Positions 17,990 through 27,001 of a stretch of DNA of 47,673 bases are shown one piece after another. A program made the position numbers and the translations under genes. Within the stretch, counting starts at the first letter, position 1, and each line of letters starts with the position of its first letter. The notes below the pieces were generated by a model. It did no database searches. It had not been told where the DNA came from and saw nothing but the letters and a program-made list of their open reading frames with translations. This stretch comes from Eubacteriales bacterium (lineage in GTDB: Bacteria > Bacillota > Clostridia > Christensenellales > Aristaeellaceae), in contig JAJFVI010000142.1 in the NCBI GenBank assembly GCA_021371895.1, positions 1 to 47,673 of the forward strand. The letters are read 5' to 3'.

Positions 17990-19447
17990 ATGCAGGACGT
18001 CATTCTTATCCTGGATCAGGATGAAGCGCTGGCAGGCTTAATCGCGCGTACGCTTCGCAGCCAGCAGATCTATTGTGAGCTGGCGCCTTTTACCCTTACG
18101 CTCGCACAGGCACGGCAACGGGGCGCCAAAGGTCTGATTACAGCCGTTCGGCACGACCAGGCTGTGCATCTGGACGGCTTTGACTTTTCCCTGCTGGACG
18201 CCGAATTTCCCACACTCGTGCTGGGCGGCATGGTGCCTGCGCTTTGTGAACATTTCGGCGGCACAATATTGCAGATGGAAAGCGGAAACGAAAAAGTGAC
18301 GCTGGGCCTGGGCGATCAGCCGCTGTTTACGGGTATCAGCCGAGGCGAGCGCATGCTGCATAACCTCAGGGATCTGAGCCTGCCGGAATCGCTTTCCTGC
18401 CTGGCGACGGCCACGGAGCGCTGCATTGGCTTTACGAAGGCGGGCACAAGGCTGTATGCCGTGCAGTACCCCATAGAACGCAACGATCCGGACGCGGTGC
18501 AGCTTTTGCACAATTTCGCCTGCCTCGTATGCGGCGTGGAACCTTACTGGAGCGAGGAATTCATCATTCAGCAGGCGGTGGAGCGCCTGCGTGCCGCGGC
18601 GGGGGACGGGCGTGTGCTGTGCGCCGTTTCCGGCGGTGTGGACAGCGCTGTTTCCGCCAAACTCGCTCATATGGCCGTCGGCGACCGGGTGACCTGCGTG
18701 TTTGTGGATACGGGATTATTCCGACAAAACGAGCCAAAGCAAGTCATGGACAGCTTTCTGGAGACTTTGGGGCTTACGGTTGCCTACGTGGGTGCGCAGG
18801 ATAACTTTTTAAAGGCGCTGGAAGGCGTGCGCGCGGAAAAAGATAAGGAACGTGTTGCCTCGGAACTGCTGCGGCAGGTATTTTACAAACAGATGGGGTA
18901 TCATCCGGGTATCCGCACCATGGTGCTGGGCACCAATTATAACGATACGCTCTACGGCGCCTTTACGCCGCAGCCACCGCTCAACGTTATGGGTGAAACG
19001 ACCCCGACGATCTCCGAGCCGGTGCGCGGGCTGTTTAAAGATGAAATTCGCCGCATTGCCAAAACCCTCGCGCTTCCCAACGCCATTGTCGAGCGGCAGC
19101 CTTTTCCCGCCAGCGGCCTTGCGCTGCGCATCCTGGGGGAGGTAACCCCCGCTCTGCTGACGATCCTGCGTCAGGCGGACGCGTTTTTCGCGGAGGAAAT
19201 TCACGCCGGCGGGCATGAGCGCAAACTGTGGCAGTATTTTGCTTCTATGAGCGATAATCCCGACGATCGCGCGGGGTACGTCGTGGTGCTGCGCGCCTCG
19301 CAGGTCAGCGGCGGCGAAGCGTGCGCCTCCCGCCTGCCGTTTGATCTGCTGGAACGCGTGACCGAGCGCATCCTAACGGAGCTTACGGAGGTTCGGCGTG
19401 TGGTGTATGACCTGACCCCTAGCCAGCATTACGCGATGATGGAGTAA
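17990..19447 (+). CDS. GMP synthase-like protein (intact ATP pyrophosphatase domain, degenerate glutaminase domain)
   Basis: The SGGVDS P-loop is present (CAVSGGVDSAVSAKL) and the C-terminus is GuaA-like (RVVYDLTPSQHYAMME). In the N-terminal domain, LVLGGMVPAL replaces the GICxGMQ nucleophile elbow and YAVQYPIE replaces FHPE. The ATG at 17990 is preceded by GGAGG at 17979-17983. Confidence 0.75.
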   Translation: MQDVILILDQDEALAGLIARTLRSQQIYCELAPFTLTLAQARQRGAKGLITAVRHDQAVHLDGFDFSLLDAEFPTLVLGGMVPALCEHFGGTILQMESGNEKVTLGLGDQPLFTGISRGERMLHNLRDLSLPESLSCLATATERCIGFTKAGTRLYAVQYPIERNDPDAVQLLHNFACLVCGVEPYWSEEFIIQQAVERLRAAAGDGRVLCAVSGGVDSAVSAKLAHMAVGDRVTCVFVDTGLFRQNEPKQVMDSFLETLGLTVAYVGAQDNFLKALEGVRAEKDKERVASELLRQVFYKQMGYHPGIRTMVLGTNYNDTLYGAFTPQPPLNVMGETTPTISEPVRGLFKDEIRRIAKTLALPNAIVERQPFPASGLALRILGEVTPALLTILRQADAFFAEEIHAGGHERKLWQYFASMSDNPDDRAGYVVVLRASQVSGGEACASRLPFDLLERVTERILTELTEVRRVVYDLTPSQHYAMME

Positions 19448-19499
19448 ACGCGTATCCGCCGTCTTTACGCGGCGGCGAATCCCCTTCCCGCCATTACGC

Positions 19500-19529
19500 G
19501 CCGCGTGCCGTGTGTCCGCGGCTTTTTTT
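19500..19529 (+). terminator. Rho-independent terminator after the guaA-like gene
   Basis: GCCGCG-11 nt loop-CGCGGC is followed by TTTTTTT (19523-19529). Confidence 0.6.
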
Positions 19530-19570
19530 GTGCGCATGCGTTTCGGAAACAGCGGCAAAAATTCCGGCGC

Positions 19571-19599
19571 TTTTCAAATCCTGTCTTTTTTGCTATACT
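19571..19599 (+). promoter_or_regulatory. Candidate dapF promoter
   Basis: TTTTCA, N17, then TGcTATACT (extended -10, TATACT at 19594-19599). It lies 26 nt upstream of the dapF ATG. Confidence 0.45.
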
Positions 19600-19624
19600 G
19601 TCGCATAGGAAAGCAGGTGAAGTG

Positions 19625-20473
19625 ATGCTCCATTTTACTAAAATGCATGGTATCGGCAACGATTATGTATATATCAACGCTTTTAGTGAAGCCCTTCCCG
19701 ACGATCTGCCTTCCTTGGCTGTGCGGATGAGCCGGCGGCGCTTCGGCTGCGGCAGCGACGGGCTGATCCTCATTATGCCAAGCGACAAGGCCGATTTTAG
19801 GATGCAGATGTATAACAGCGACGGCTCCGAAGGCGAGATGTGCGGCAACGGCATCCGCTGCGTAGCCGCCTACTGCCATGACCGGGGGCTGACCGACCGC
19901 ACCGGGATCACCGTGGAAACCGGCGCGGGCATCAAAACCCTTTCACTCACATTGGACGAAAAAGGCCGTACGCAAAGCGTGCGTGTGGATATGGGCGCAC
20001 CCGAAACCGACGGGTTAAAAATCCCCAGTATATTCGTGGGCGACCCGGTGGTGATGCAGCCGCTGACGGCGCTGGGGGAAACCTGGCCGGCAACGCTGGT
20101 GAGCATGGGCAACCCCCATGCCGTGCTGTTCGTGCCCGATCCCGCCGTAGCGCCGGTAACGACCGTCGGCCCGGTGCTGGAATGCCACCCTGCCTTTCCC
20201 CGCAAGTGCAACGTCGAGTTTGCGCGCGTACAGGACAGGACACATATCCAGATGCGTGTGTGGGAGCGCGGCTCGGGCGAAACCCTTGCCTGCGGCACCG
20301 GCGCTTGCGCCGTGACGGTCGCCTGCATCCTCAACGGCCTGGTCGACCGCAAGGCGGAGGTCAGCCTGCCGGGGGGCAAGCTGATTGTGGAGTGGAACGA
20401 AAAAGACGGGCATGTGTATATGTCCGGCCCTGCGGCCTTCGTGTACGACGGCGTGTGGCTGGGGGACGATTGA
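19625..20473 (+). CDS. dapF: Diaminopimelate epimerase DapF
   Basis: MLHFTKMHGIGNDYVYINAF is the canonical DapF start. Both active-site Cys contexts are present (GNGIRC and LACGTGA). The ORF-track start at 19505 lies upstream of the terminator and promoter. Confidence 0.9.
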   Translation: MLHFTKMHGIGNDYVYINAFSEALPDDLPSLAVRMSRRRFGCGSDGLILIMPSDKADFRMQMYNSDGSEGEMCGNGIRCVAAYCHDRGLTDRTGITVETGAGIKTLSLTLDEKGRTQSVRVDMGAPETDGLKIPSIFVGDPVVMQPLTALGETWPATLVSMGNPHAVLFVPDPAVAPVTTVGPVLECHPAFPRKCNVEFARVQDRTHIQMRVWERGSGETLACGTGACAVTVACILNGLVDRKAEVSLPGGKLIVEWNEKDGHVYMSGPAAFVYDGVWLGDD

Positions 20474-20547
20474 ACTGCCCGAGGCGTGTTCTTCCCCCGT
20501 GTGGATAATGCACCGCCGGTAGGCGGTTCAATAAGGAGGCCGACCCC

Positions 20548-21759
20548 TTGCACGTCAACCCGAATTTTGAAAAACTGCCGGGCAGTTACCTTTTTGCGGA
20601 GATTGCCCGCCGTGTGAAAACCTATGCCGCCGCGCATCCCGACGCCAATCTGATCAAGCTGGGCATCGGGGACGTCACCCGCCCGCTCGCGCCCGCCGTG
20701 GTGGAAGCCATGCAAAAGGCCGCGGCGGAGATGCTCAGTGCTGAAACCTTCCGCGGTTACGGCCCGGATTACGGGTACGAATTTCTGATAGACGCCATCC
20801 GTGAGCAGGATTATGCCTCTCGGGGCATCACCCTCACGCAGGATGAGGTGTTTATTTCCGACGGCGCGAAAACCGATACTTCCGCGATTCAGGAACTGTT
20901 TTCCCAGGACGCGTATATCGCCGTGACCGACCCGGTTTACCCCGTATATGTGGACAGCAACGCCATCGCCGGCCGCCTGGGCGATTTTGTAGACGGCCGC
21001 TGGACAAACCTTACCTACCTGCCGTGCAACGCGGAAAACGGCTTTGTGCCGTCGCCGCCCAGCGAGCCGGTGGACGTAATTTACCTGTGTTACCCCAACA
21101 ACCCCACCGGCACCACGCTGAGCGTAGAGCAATTAAAACCCTTTGTGGAGTACGCCCGCAAGCATAACGCGCTGATTATTTACGACGCGGCCTACAAGGC
21201 ATTTATCACCTCCGGTACGCCCCATAGCATCTACGAGGTGGAGGGCGCGCGCGAGGTGGCCATCGAATGCTGCTCTTTTTCCAAAACCGCTGGCTTTACC
21301 GGCGTGCGTTGCGCCTACACCGTCATCCCCCATGAGGTCAAAGGGTTTTCCGCCGCGGAGACGCCTGTGGAGCTCAACGCCCTGTGGAAGCGCCGCATGG
21401 GCACCAAGTTTAACGGCGTCAGCTATCCCGTGCAGCGTGCGGCGGCGGCGGTGTACAGCACCGAAGGGCAAAGGCAGTGCGCCGAAACCGTCGCCTATTA
21501 CCTGCGCAACGCGGCGCTCATCCGCGAAGGGCTTGCGGCGGCGGGCTACAGCGTGTTCGGTGGAGTGGATGCGCCCTATGTGTGGCTCAAGACTCCCGTG
21601 GATAGCTGGAGCTTCTTTGATATCTTGCTTGATAAGGCGCATGTGGTCGGCACGCCGGGCGCGGGCTTCGGCCCCAGCGGCGAAGGCTATTTCCGTCTTA
21701 CCGCGTTTAATACCCGCGAAAAAACGGAAGAGGCGCTGGAACGCATCCGTCGGCTGTAA
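20548..21759 (+). CDS. dapL: LL-diaminopimelate aminotransferase DapL
   Basis: 403 aa. It starts VNPNFEKLPGSYLFAEIARRV...IKLGIGDVT, and the PLP Lys context is SFSKTAGFTG. It uses a TTG start preceded by AAGGAGG at 20533-20539. Confidence 0.88.
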   Translation: MHVNPNFEKLPGSYLFAEIARRVKTYAAAHPDANLIKLGIGDVTRPLAPAVVEAMQKAAAEMLSAETFRGYGPDYGYEFLIDAIREQDYASRGITLTQDEVFISDGAKTDTSAIQELFSQDAYIAVTDPVYPVYVDSNAIAGRLGDFVDGRWTNLTYLPCNAENGFVPSPPSEPVDVIYLCYPNNPTGTTLSVEQLKPFVEYARKHNALIIYDAAYKAFITSGTPHSIYEVEGAREVAIECCSFSKTAGFTGVRCAYTVIPHEVKGFSAAETPVELNALWKRRMGTKFNGVSYPVQRAAAAVYSTEGQRQCAETVAYYLRNAALIREGLAAAGYSVFGGVDAPYVWLKTPVDSWSFFDILLDKAHVVGTPGAGFGPSGEGYFRLTAFNTREKTEEALERIRRL

Positions 21760-21843
21760 TGGAATCAAACAATCGGGAGCTGCGCCTTTGAACCGGATGT
21801 GCGTCCAGGGCGGTAACTGTAATGGCACACGGCGGCGGGCGGA

Positions 21844-21873
21844 GGCGGGCGGCTTCCGCCCGCGCGCGTTTTT
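21844..21873 (+). terminator. Possible terminator after dapL
   Basis: GGCGGGCGG-CTT-CCGCCCGC is followed by GCGCG and TTTTT. The T run is offset by 5 nt, so the call is only moderate. Confidence 0.4.
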
Positions 21874-22016
21874 CCGGGCAGGCCGCGCCGCGGCCTTCGT
21901 TTGATCGGGGTTTCGCCGCCCCGCCGTGTGGCGATCTTTGGGTGGTAAAAAGGAAAACCCTTCAATAAAGGCGAATAAAACCAGTTAGGATTTCTTTGGG
22001 GAAGGGAGCAATCGAC

Positions 22017-24164
22017 ATGCGGTCTGTCCACGCGCGTATTGGCGTGCGCCGCGATACTGCGGCGCTGTTTACGGTCGCTTCCCGCCCCGCGCGCGTCCAG
22101 CGGGGCAAGCGCCTCGCGCTGGCCTGTATGCTTGTATTGCTCTGTGCTTTGCTTTCCGGCTGCGCCGCGCTGGAGGTGCTCAGCACTCCGGCGCCCGCCG
22201 CCGATACGGTGTCCGCTGGCCCCAACCTGGGGCTGCTTGCTCTGCCGACCTACGAAAACGCCGAAGCCGAAAACCCTTCGGAAACCTCTTCCGGTTCTGG
22301 TTACGCCAACGTCGATCTCTGGCTGGACGCGACCCAGAACATGGGCGGCATCAGCACGGTGAAAAGCAGCATGTATCCCCATTCCGGGCGCAAATACCGC
22401 GAAGGCGGCTTCCAGTACCATTACGGCAATACCGTGGGCTGGTATGAAAGCCTGCTGCGGGATTTTCTGGCCGCCGCGGGCGAAACGCACGTGCGTACTC
22501 TGCGCTACGGCAATGAAACCCTGTCCGACGCGTTTCTGGCCGCAGCCGGCCTGACCGGGACGGACGGGCAGGTCACCGCGTCCGTGTGGCGGGATTTGCA
22601 CACCAGCCAGGTCGATACGAACGCTTCGTTCTTTTCCGGGCTGGCCGGCGAGGATATGGCCTCCAGCTTTTACGCGCTGGGTTCCGCCGCGTGGGTCAAC
22701 CGCCTTTCCGCGCTGGCGTCTTCCGATTTGGAAAATCCCACGCTGACGGACGCGATGAGCGCTGCGCTGGATCAACAGATCGCGGGCATCGCGCAGAAAG
22801 ACGACAGTTTTATTTTGCAGCAGGGGCGTGACGGAGAACAATGCGCCCTGCTCAGCGCGCTTGCCAATATCGATACGGATAAGCTCAGCGTGATTACCGT
22901 AGACCCCGCTTCCCTGCGTAAAACCAGCGGCGCGGACGCGCAGGGGCAGCCCATTGCCTATTACGGGCAGGTGCTGCAGGCGTTGGGCGTGTTCGATAAG
23001 GGGCTCTGCGTGGGTATGCTTGATTTTCAGCTGGATTATCTGGGGCAGCTGTCCACCATTTCCACGGCCACGCTCAGCGAGCCGCTCATCTGGGGGCATA
23101 TTATCCTGAACGAGAAAAAGCTGCTGGGCGTGATGCCGCGGCGGATGCTCACGCTGGTCATCGGGACGCGCGCGCGCGTGGACGCCTTTATCCAGAGCCT
23201 TACGCAATTGATCGACGCCGACGTTACGCTCAAGGGCTTGCGCGGAACCCAGGACGAAGAGCTTTCCTACGCCGCTGGCGGGCAGACCGTCGCTTCGCAG
23301 CCTTTCGGCTTTGCGTGGAACGCTACGGTCATCGCGCGGCCGAGCATGGGGTATTATTCCCAGCATACCGAGGGCGTCGTGCTGACCGCCGAAACCACAG
23401 GCGCCTCGGCGGCGGGCGCGACCGTCGCGACCGGCGAAAACGACGTGGCGCTGGTCAGTCTGACGCCCAACACGGAAGGTAAACAGCCCGACCGAACGCT
23501 AAACATAAGCTTCCCACTGCTTTCCGGCGAGGACGGCGCGTCGCTGGACGTGAGCCGTTTAGGCAAAGCGGGGTTGGAAACGCTGGATACGATACTTTTG
23601 TCCCAAACGCAGGAAAACACCTCCGAAAATCTGGCCGCCGCCGAAGCGAACGGGCAGGAAACCGTCGCCTACCGCGATATGCTTTATCTGTTCAGCCGCG
23701 GTACGGAAAGCGACGCCTTTTCGATCACCTCCATTACCGTGCAAAACGGCATGCTGGTCTGCACCGTCGCGGTTAACGGCGAAGCGCTCAAATCCGGCTA
23801 TTATCGGCTGCGTCTCACGGCGGACGCGACCGGCGAGCAGGTGGCTTGGGAAAGCGTGCCCTGGATCGACGGAGAGCAAAGCGTGTCCGCATCGGTCACC
23901 GACGCGGACGTGTACGCGTGGGAAACCTTCACCGCCGCCATAACGCAGTTCGACCGCGATTCCAAGGGCCTGCCCAAGATGTTCCGTAACGCATGGGGGC
24001 CGTATACCACCGATCTTTACCATGGTCTCGCCGTGCCGGCTTGCCCGCCTGTGTACAAGTCCATCCATCTTGCGGAGCTGGCAGCTCAATTCCGCGGCGC
24101 GGCCGCCGCGGACGAAAGCGCTCTGATCCGCTGCGTGTTTGAAGTTTTCGTCGCCTATCCCTAA
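22017..24164 (+). CDS. Large predicted lipoprotein of unknown function (first gene of the four-gene cluster)
   Basis: The ATG at 22017 follows GGGAAGGGAG. The N-terminus ...KRLALACMLVLLCALLSGC carries a lipobox, with the Cys codon at 22161-22163. I recognise no family. VDLWLDATQNMGG vaguely resembles a vWA MIDAS strand. Confidence 0.65.
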   Translation: MRSVHARIGVRRDTAALFTVASRPARVQRGKRLALACMLVLLCALLSGCAALEVLSTPAPAADTVSAGPNLGLLALPTYENAEAENPSETSSGSGYANVDLWLDATQNMGGISTVKSSMYPHSGRKYREGGFQYHYGNTVGWYESLLRDFLAAAGETHVRTLRYGNETLSDAFLAAAGLTGTDGQVTASVWRDLHTSQVDTNASFFSGLAGEDMASSFYALGSAAWVNRLSALASSDLENPTLTDAMSAALDQQIAGIAQKDDSFILQQGRDGEQCALLSALANIDTDKLSVITVDPASLRKTSGADAQGQPIAYYGQVLQALGVFDKGLCVGMLDFQLDYLGQLSTISTATLSEPLIWGHIILNEKKLLGVMPRRMLTLVIGTRARVDAFIQSLTQLIDADVTLKGLRGTQDEELSYAAGGQTVASQPFGFAWNATVIARPSMGYYSQHTEGVVLTAETTGASAAGATVATGENDVALVSLTPNTEGKQPDRTLNISFPLLSGEDGASLDVSRLGKAGLETLDTILLSQTQENTSENLAAAEANGQETVAYRDMLYLFSRGTESDAFSITSITVQNGMLVCTVAVNGEALKSGYYRLRLTADATGEQVAWESVPWIDGEQSVSASVTDADVYAWETFTAAITQFDRDSKGLPKMFRNAWGPYTTDLYHGLAVPACPPVYKSIHLAELAAQFRGAAAADESALIRCVFEVFVAYP

Positions 24165-24214
24165 GCGCGGCGCACGTGCAACCGTCGCCGCCTCGCCAGA
24201 AAGGACGTCCGTCC

Positions 24215-24841
24215 ATGCCCAGAACCGTACATACGACAGTCCAATACCACAACCGCACGAAAGTGCTGCTGTGTTATGCGATCGCCTGGGGGTTGGCGCT
24301 GGCGCTGCCCTGGCTGGGGCTTACATTCCTTTACCCCTATAAGCTGGCGGGCACCGCGCCGGATCTGGCCGCGACGCTTGCGCAGCTGCCGTTTGCCCTG
24401 CCACAGCCCATGCAAAAAACGCTCGTTGCCACCGCGTTTTCCGCCGGTATGCAGACTGACGCTTTGCAGTTGGCACTCGCTGCGCGCGACTTGGTATGGC
24501 AGTACGTTGTTTTTGCGTTTACGGCACTTGCGTGGGTGCTAAGCCTGCTGTGGCAGTTGTTATGGCGTTTCCGCTTCGTGCGCCCCCGGCAGGCCGCGCG
24601 CACGGCCCTGCGTGCGGTGCGCGCCTACCGCTGGTCGATGCTGGGCATCTGGGCGCTCAACCTGCTTTTGGCGCTTTGTGTATACCTCGTCGGCGTAAGT
24701 CGGATCGCGGATCGCACAATGTGGGATTATCTTTTGTATTTTGGCGGATTCGTACTCCAGCCGCTGGCAGCCATGCTTTGCTTCCGGCTGGCCGCGCCGC
24801 CGGCGCTGAGCGGTAAACACGCGTTTTTCCGCCGATTGTAA
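24215..24841 (+). CDS. Predicted 4-TM membrane protein of unknown function
   Basis: There are four hydrophobic segments: VLLCYAIAWGLALALPWLGL, YVVFAFTALAWVLSLLWQLLW, MLGIWALNLLLALCVYLVGV and YFGGFVLQPLAAMLCFRLA. The start is uncertain (ATG at 24215 or the upstream ORF-track start at 24176). Confidence 0.55.
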   Translation: MPRTVHTTVQYHNRTKVLLCYAIAWGLALALPWLGLTFLYPYKLAGTAPDLAATLAQLPFALPQPMQKTLVATAFSAGMQTDALQLALAARDLVWQYVVFAFTALAWVLSLLWQLLWRFRFVRPRQAARTALRAVRAYRWSMLGIWALNLLLALCVYLVGVSRIADRTMWDYLLYFGGFVLQPLAAMLCFRLAAPPALSGKHAFFRRL

Positions 24842-24898
24842 GCTTTACGGCGCACACCGGCGATTCACCTGGGCTTCGCCCATGACTTGGGAGGCGCT

Positions 24899-27001
24899 AT
24901 GTCCAATTACCTCATCGCCGTAGGCGGCACCGGCAACAAGATACTGGAGGCGCTCGTATATGCCTGTGCGGCCGATGCGTTGTATACGCTGGACGCGCAG
25001 GGCCGCCGCACGCCCCTGCCGGAAGTCCGCGCCCTGATCGTGGATGTGGACGCTGCCTGCGGCAACACCACCCGCGCCAAACAGGCCGCCGAGCATTACG
25101 AACGGGTGCGTTCCGCCTTTGAAACCGCGGGAGTCAGCCGCCGCGGCTTTCACACGGCGCTTACGGTGGAACGCTGGAACATGAACCTCGCCAAACGCTC
25201 CGCCTCCATCGCCGGCATGACGCTTAACCACCGGCGTGATCGGCTGCTGGCCGAAAGCCTCTTTTCCCGCACCGAGGCGGAACTGGAATACAGCGAGGGC
25301 TTCCGCGGCCATCCCGATTTGGGCGTGCTGTTTTTTGCCGATCTGCTCAACCATCTGGGTGAGCGTGCCGCGCAGGGGCAGCCCGACGAAATGGTCGATC
25401 TGCTGGATCAGATCCAGCGGGATCTGGATGCGCTGGAAACGGTCAAGGTCATGCTGGTCGGTTCCATTTTCGGGGGCACCGGCGCCAGCGGCATCCCCAG
25501 CATCTCCCGCTACCTGCGCCAATGTTTCAGCAAGTACGCCGATCACTTCGTGCTTTCGTCGGTGATGATGCTGCCCTATTACGACGTGCCGCCCGCCACC
25601 GTGGACGAGACGTTGGAGATTGTGGTGAAATCCTCGCAATTTTTGGATAAAGCGCGCACCGCGCTGCAATACTACGGCATGGAGGGGATGATCCGCTCCG
25701 GCGAGGACGACCCCGACGGCCTGTATGACGCGCTGTATCTGCTGGGGCTGCCCCGCGATGCTTTTGTGACCACGCGCGTCTACTCCACCGGTTCCCAGAC
25801 GCAGGAAAACGACGCTCACCTGCTGGAATGGCTGGCTGTGCGCTGCGCTTCCATCTTCTTTCGCACCGGGTTTCGCGGCGCGGACGCGCATAACATCGAC
25901 TGCTATTATTACCAGTGGCACTCCCACGACGTATCCTGGGCATGTTTTGACGAGGAAGGCGCCTTGTACCATAACACCTTCGGCGGGCTCATCAAGGCGT
26001 CGGCGCTGTTTTTCTGCGAATGCTATCCCACGCTGCGCGCCTGCGTGCGCCGGGACGAGCGCCGGCTTTCCCGTACGGTCAATTACTGGACGACGTATTT
26101 TTACGACGCGCGCAAGCTGGGCGCAGGGAAACGCGCAGAGCTGGAAAAGCTGATCGATTCGCTTTACCGGCTGATGGCCTTCTACACCAACTGGATGTGG
26201 CAGGTGCTGCGAACGCTGCCCCCCACACTGCGGCCGGAGCGGGAGATTGAGTTGAAAACGCACGAGCTGCAGGCGGTGTACCGAAAGCTTGTGGATACGC
26301 AGGCGGAAAGCCTGGGCCGGGAAAGTGCGCCGGCTTCCGCCACAGGGGAGGACGATGGCACACAGGACGAATATAAACGCCTGAAAGCCAAGCTGGACGA
26401 GCTGATCCCCGCCGTGGGCGGACACGCGTTTTTAAACGCGCTGCAAGCAGAGCGTGAGTTTCGCGCGCAGCGCATGGAAGCCCAGCGGCAAGCATTAAAG
26501 GAGCAAAACGGCAGCATCGCGCGCTGGGAAGGGGAAGATCAGCACCTGATCGACCCCAAGGCACTTAGGCAGGAGAAAAGCCGCCGCGATACCATGCTGC
26601 GCGCGCTGGCCGGTATGGAGGATCGCGCCGCGCTGGTGGAAGCGGATATTGTGCGGGCCGTGGAAAAACATGTGGCGGACGTCACCCCCGCTCTGCGGGA
26701 CGACGAACCTTCTCCCAATAACCTGTTTTCGCCCACCGGGCTGAACGCGATGCACGATCTGCTGGCGCTCTACGGCGCCGAGGCGGAGGAGCGCGACCCC
26801 AAGGCCATGGAGGCGCTTCGCCGCGCCCTGTGGGACGGCTTAAACCGTATCGTCACCCAACGCGTGCCCGACTGTGTCACCGCGGCGCAGGCCGTGGCGG
26901 GGTTGGGCGGCGGCACGCGTGTGGGCGAAGGCCCGCAGGCGGCCTTCGCGAGCTTTACCGCGGCGCTGCTTGCCGCCGTGATGGAGGAGGAAAACGTATG
27001 A
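24899..27001 (+). CDS. Tubulin/FtsZ-superfamily-like GTPase with a long coiled-coil C-terminal region (candidate, Tubulin_2-like)
   Basis: The ATG at 24899 follows GGGAGG. A T1-like loop YLIAVGGTGNKILEAL is encoded near 24917-24940. The T4 signature-like GSIFGGTGASG has GGTGASG at 25472-25492. The C-terminal 250 aa or so are rich in E, R, Q, A and L in a heptad-like pattern. The assignment rests on motifs only. Confidence 0.55.
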   Translation: MSNYLIAVGGTGNKILEALVYACAADALYTLDAQGRRTPLPEVRALIVDVDAACGNTTRAKQAAEHYERVRSAFETAGVSRRGFHTALTVERWNMNLAKRSASIAGMTLNHRRDRLLAESLFSRTEAELEYSEGFRGHPDLGVLFFADLLNHLGERAAQGQPDEMVDLLDQIQRDLDALETVKVMLVGSIFGGTGASGIPSISRYLRQCFSKYADHFVLSSVMMLPYYDVPPATVDETLEIVVKSSQFLDKARTALQYYGMEGMIRSGEDDPDGLYDALYLLGLPRDAFVTTRVYSTGSQTQENDAHLLEWLAVRCASIFFRTGFRGADAHNIDCYYYQWHSHDVSWACFDEEGALYHNTFGGLIKASALFFCECYPTLRACVRRDERRLSRTVNYWTTYFYDARKLGAGKRAELEKLIDSLYRLMAFYTNWMWQVLRTLPPTLRPEREIELKTHELQAVYRKLVDTQAESLGRESAPASATGEDDGTQDEYKRLKAKLDELIPAVGGHAFLNALQAEREFRAQRMEAQRQALKEQNGSIARWEGEDQHLIDPKALRQEKSRRDTMLRALAGMEDRAALVEADIVRAVEKHVADVTPALRDDEPSPNNLFSPTGLNAMHDLLALYGAEAEERDPKAMEALRRALWDGLNRIVTQRVPDCVTAAQAVAGLGGGTRVGEGPQAAFASFTAALLAAVMEEENV

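Noticed and set aside
21765-23366. Long minus-strand ORF (533 aa) antisense to the lipoprotein gene. Similar long antisense ORFs occur at 24845..26425 (-, 526 aa), 19870..21132 (-, 420 aa), 15509..16765 (+, 418 aa), 2381..3505 (+, 374 aa), 28492..29451 (-) and 8613..9581 (+).
   Set aside because: These are typical shadow ORFs of GC-rich DNA. Their translations are Arg/Gly/Ala/Pro/His-rich and low in complexity, with no motifs. The opposite strand encodes proteins with clear family signatures or signal, TM or NTPase motifs.
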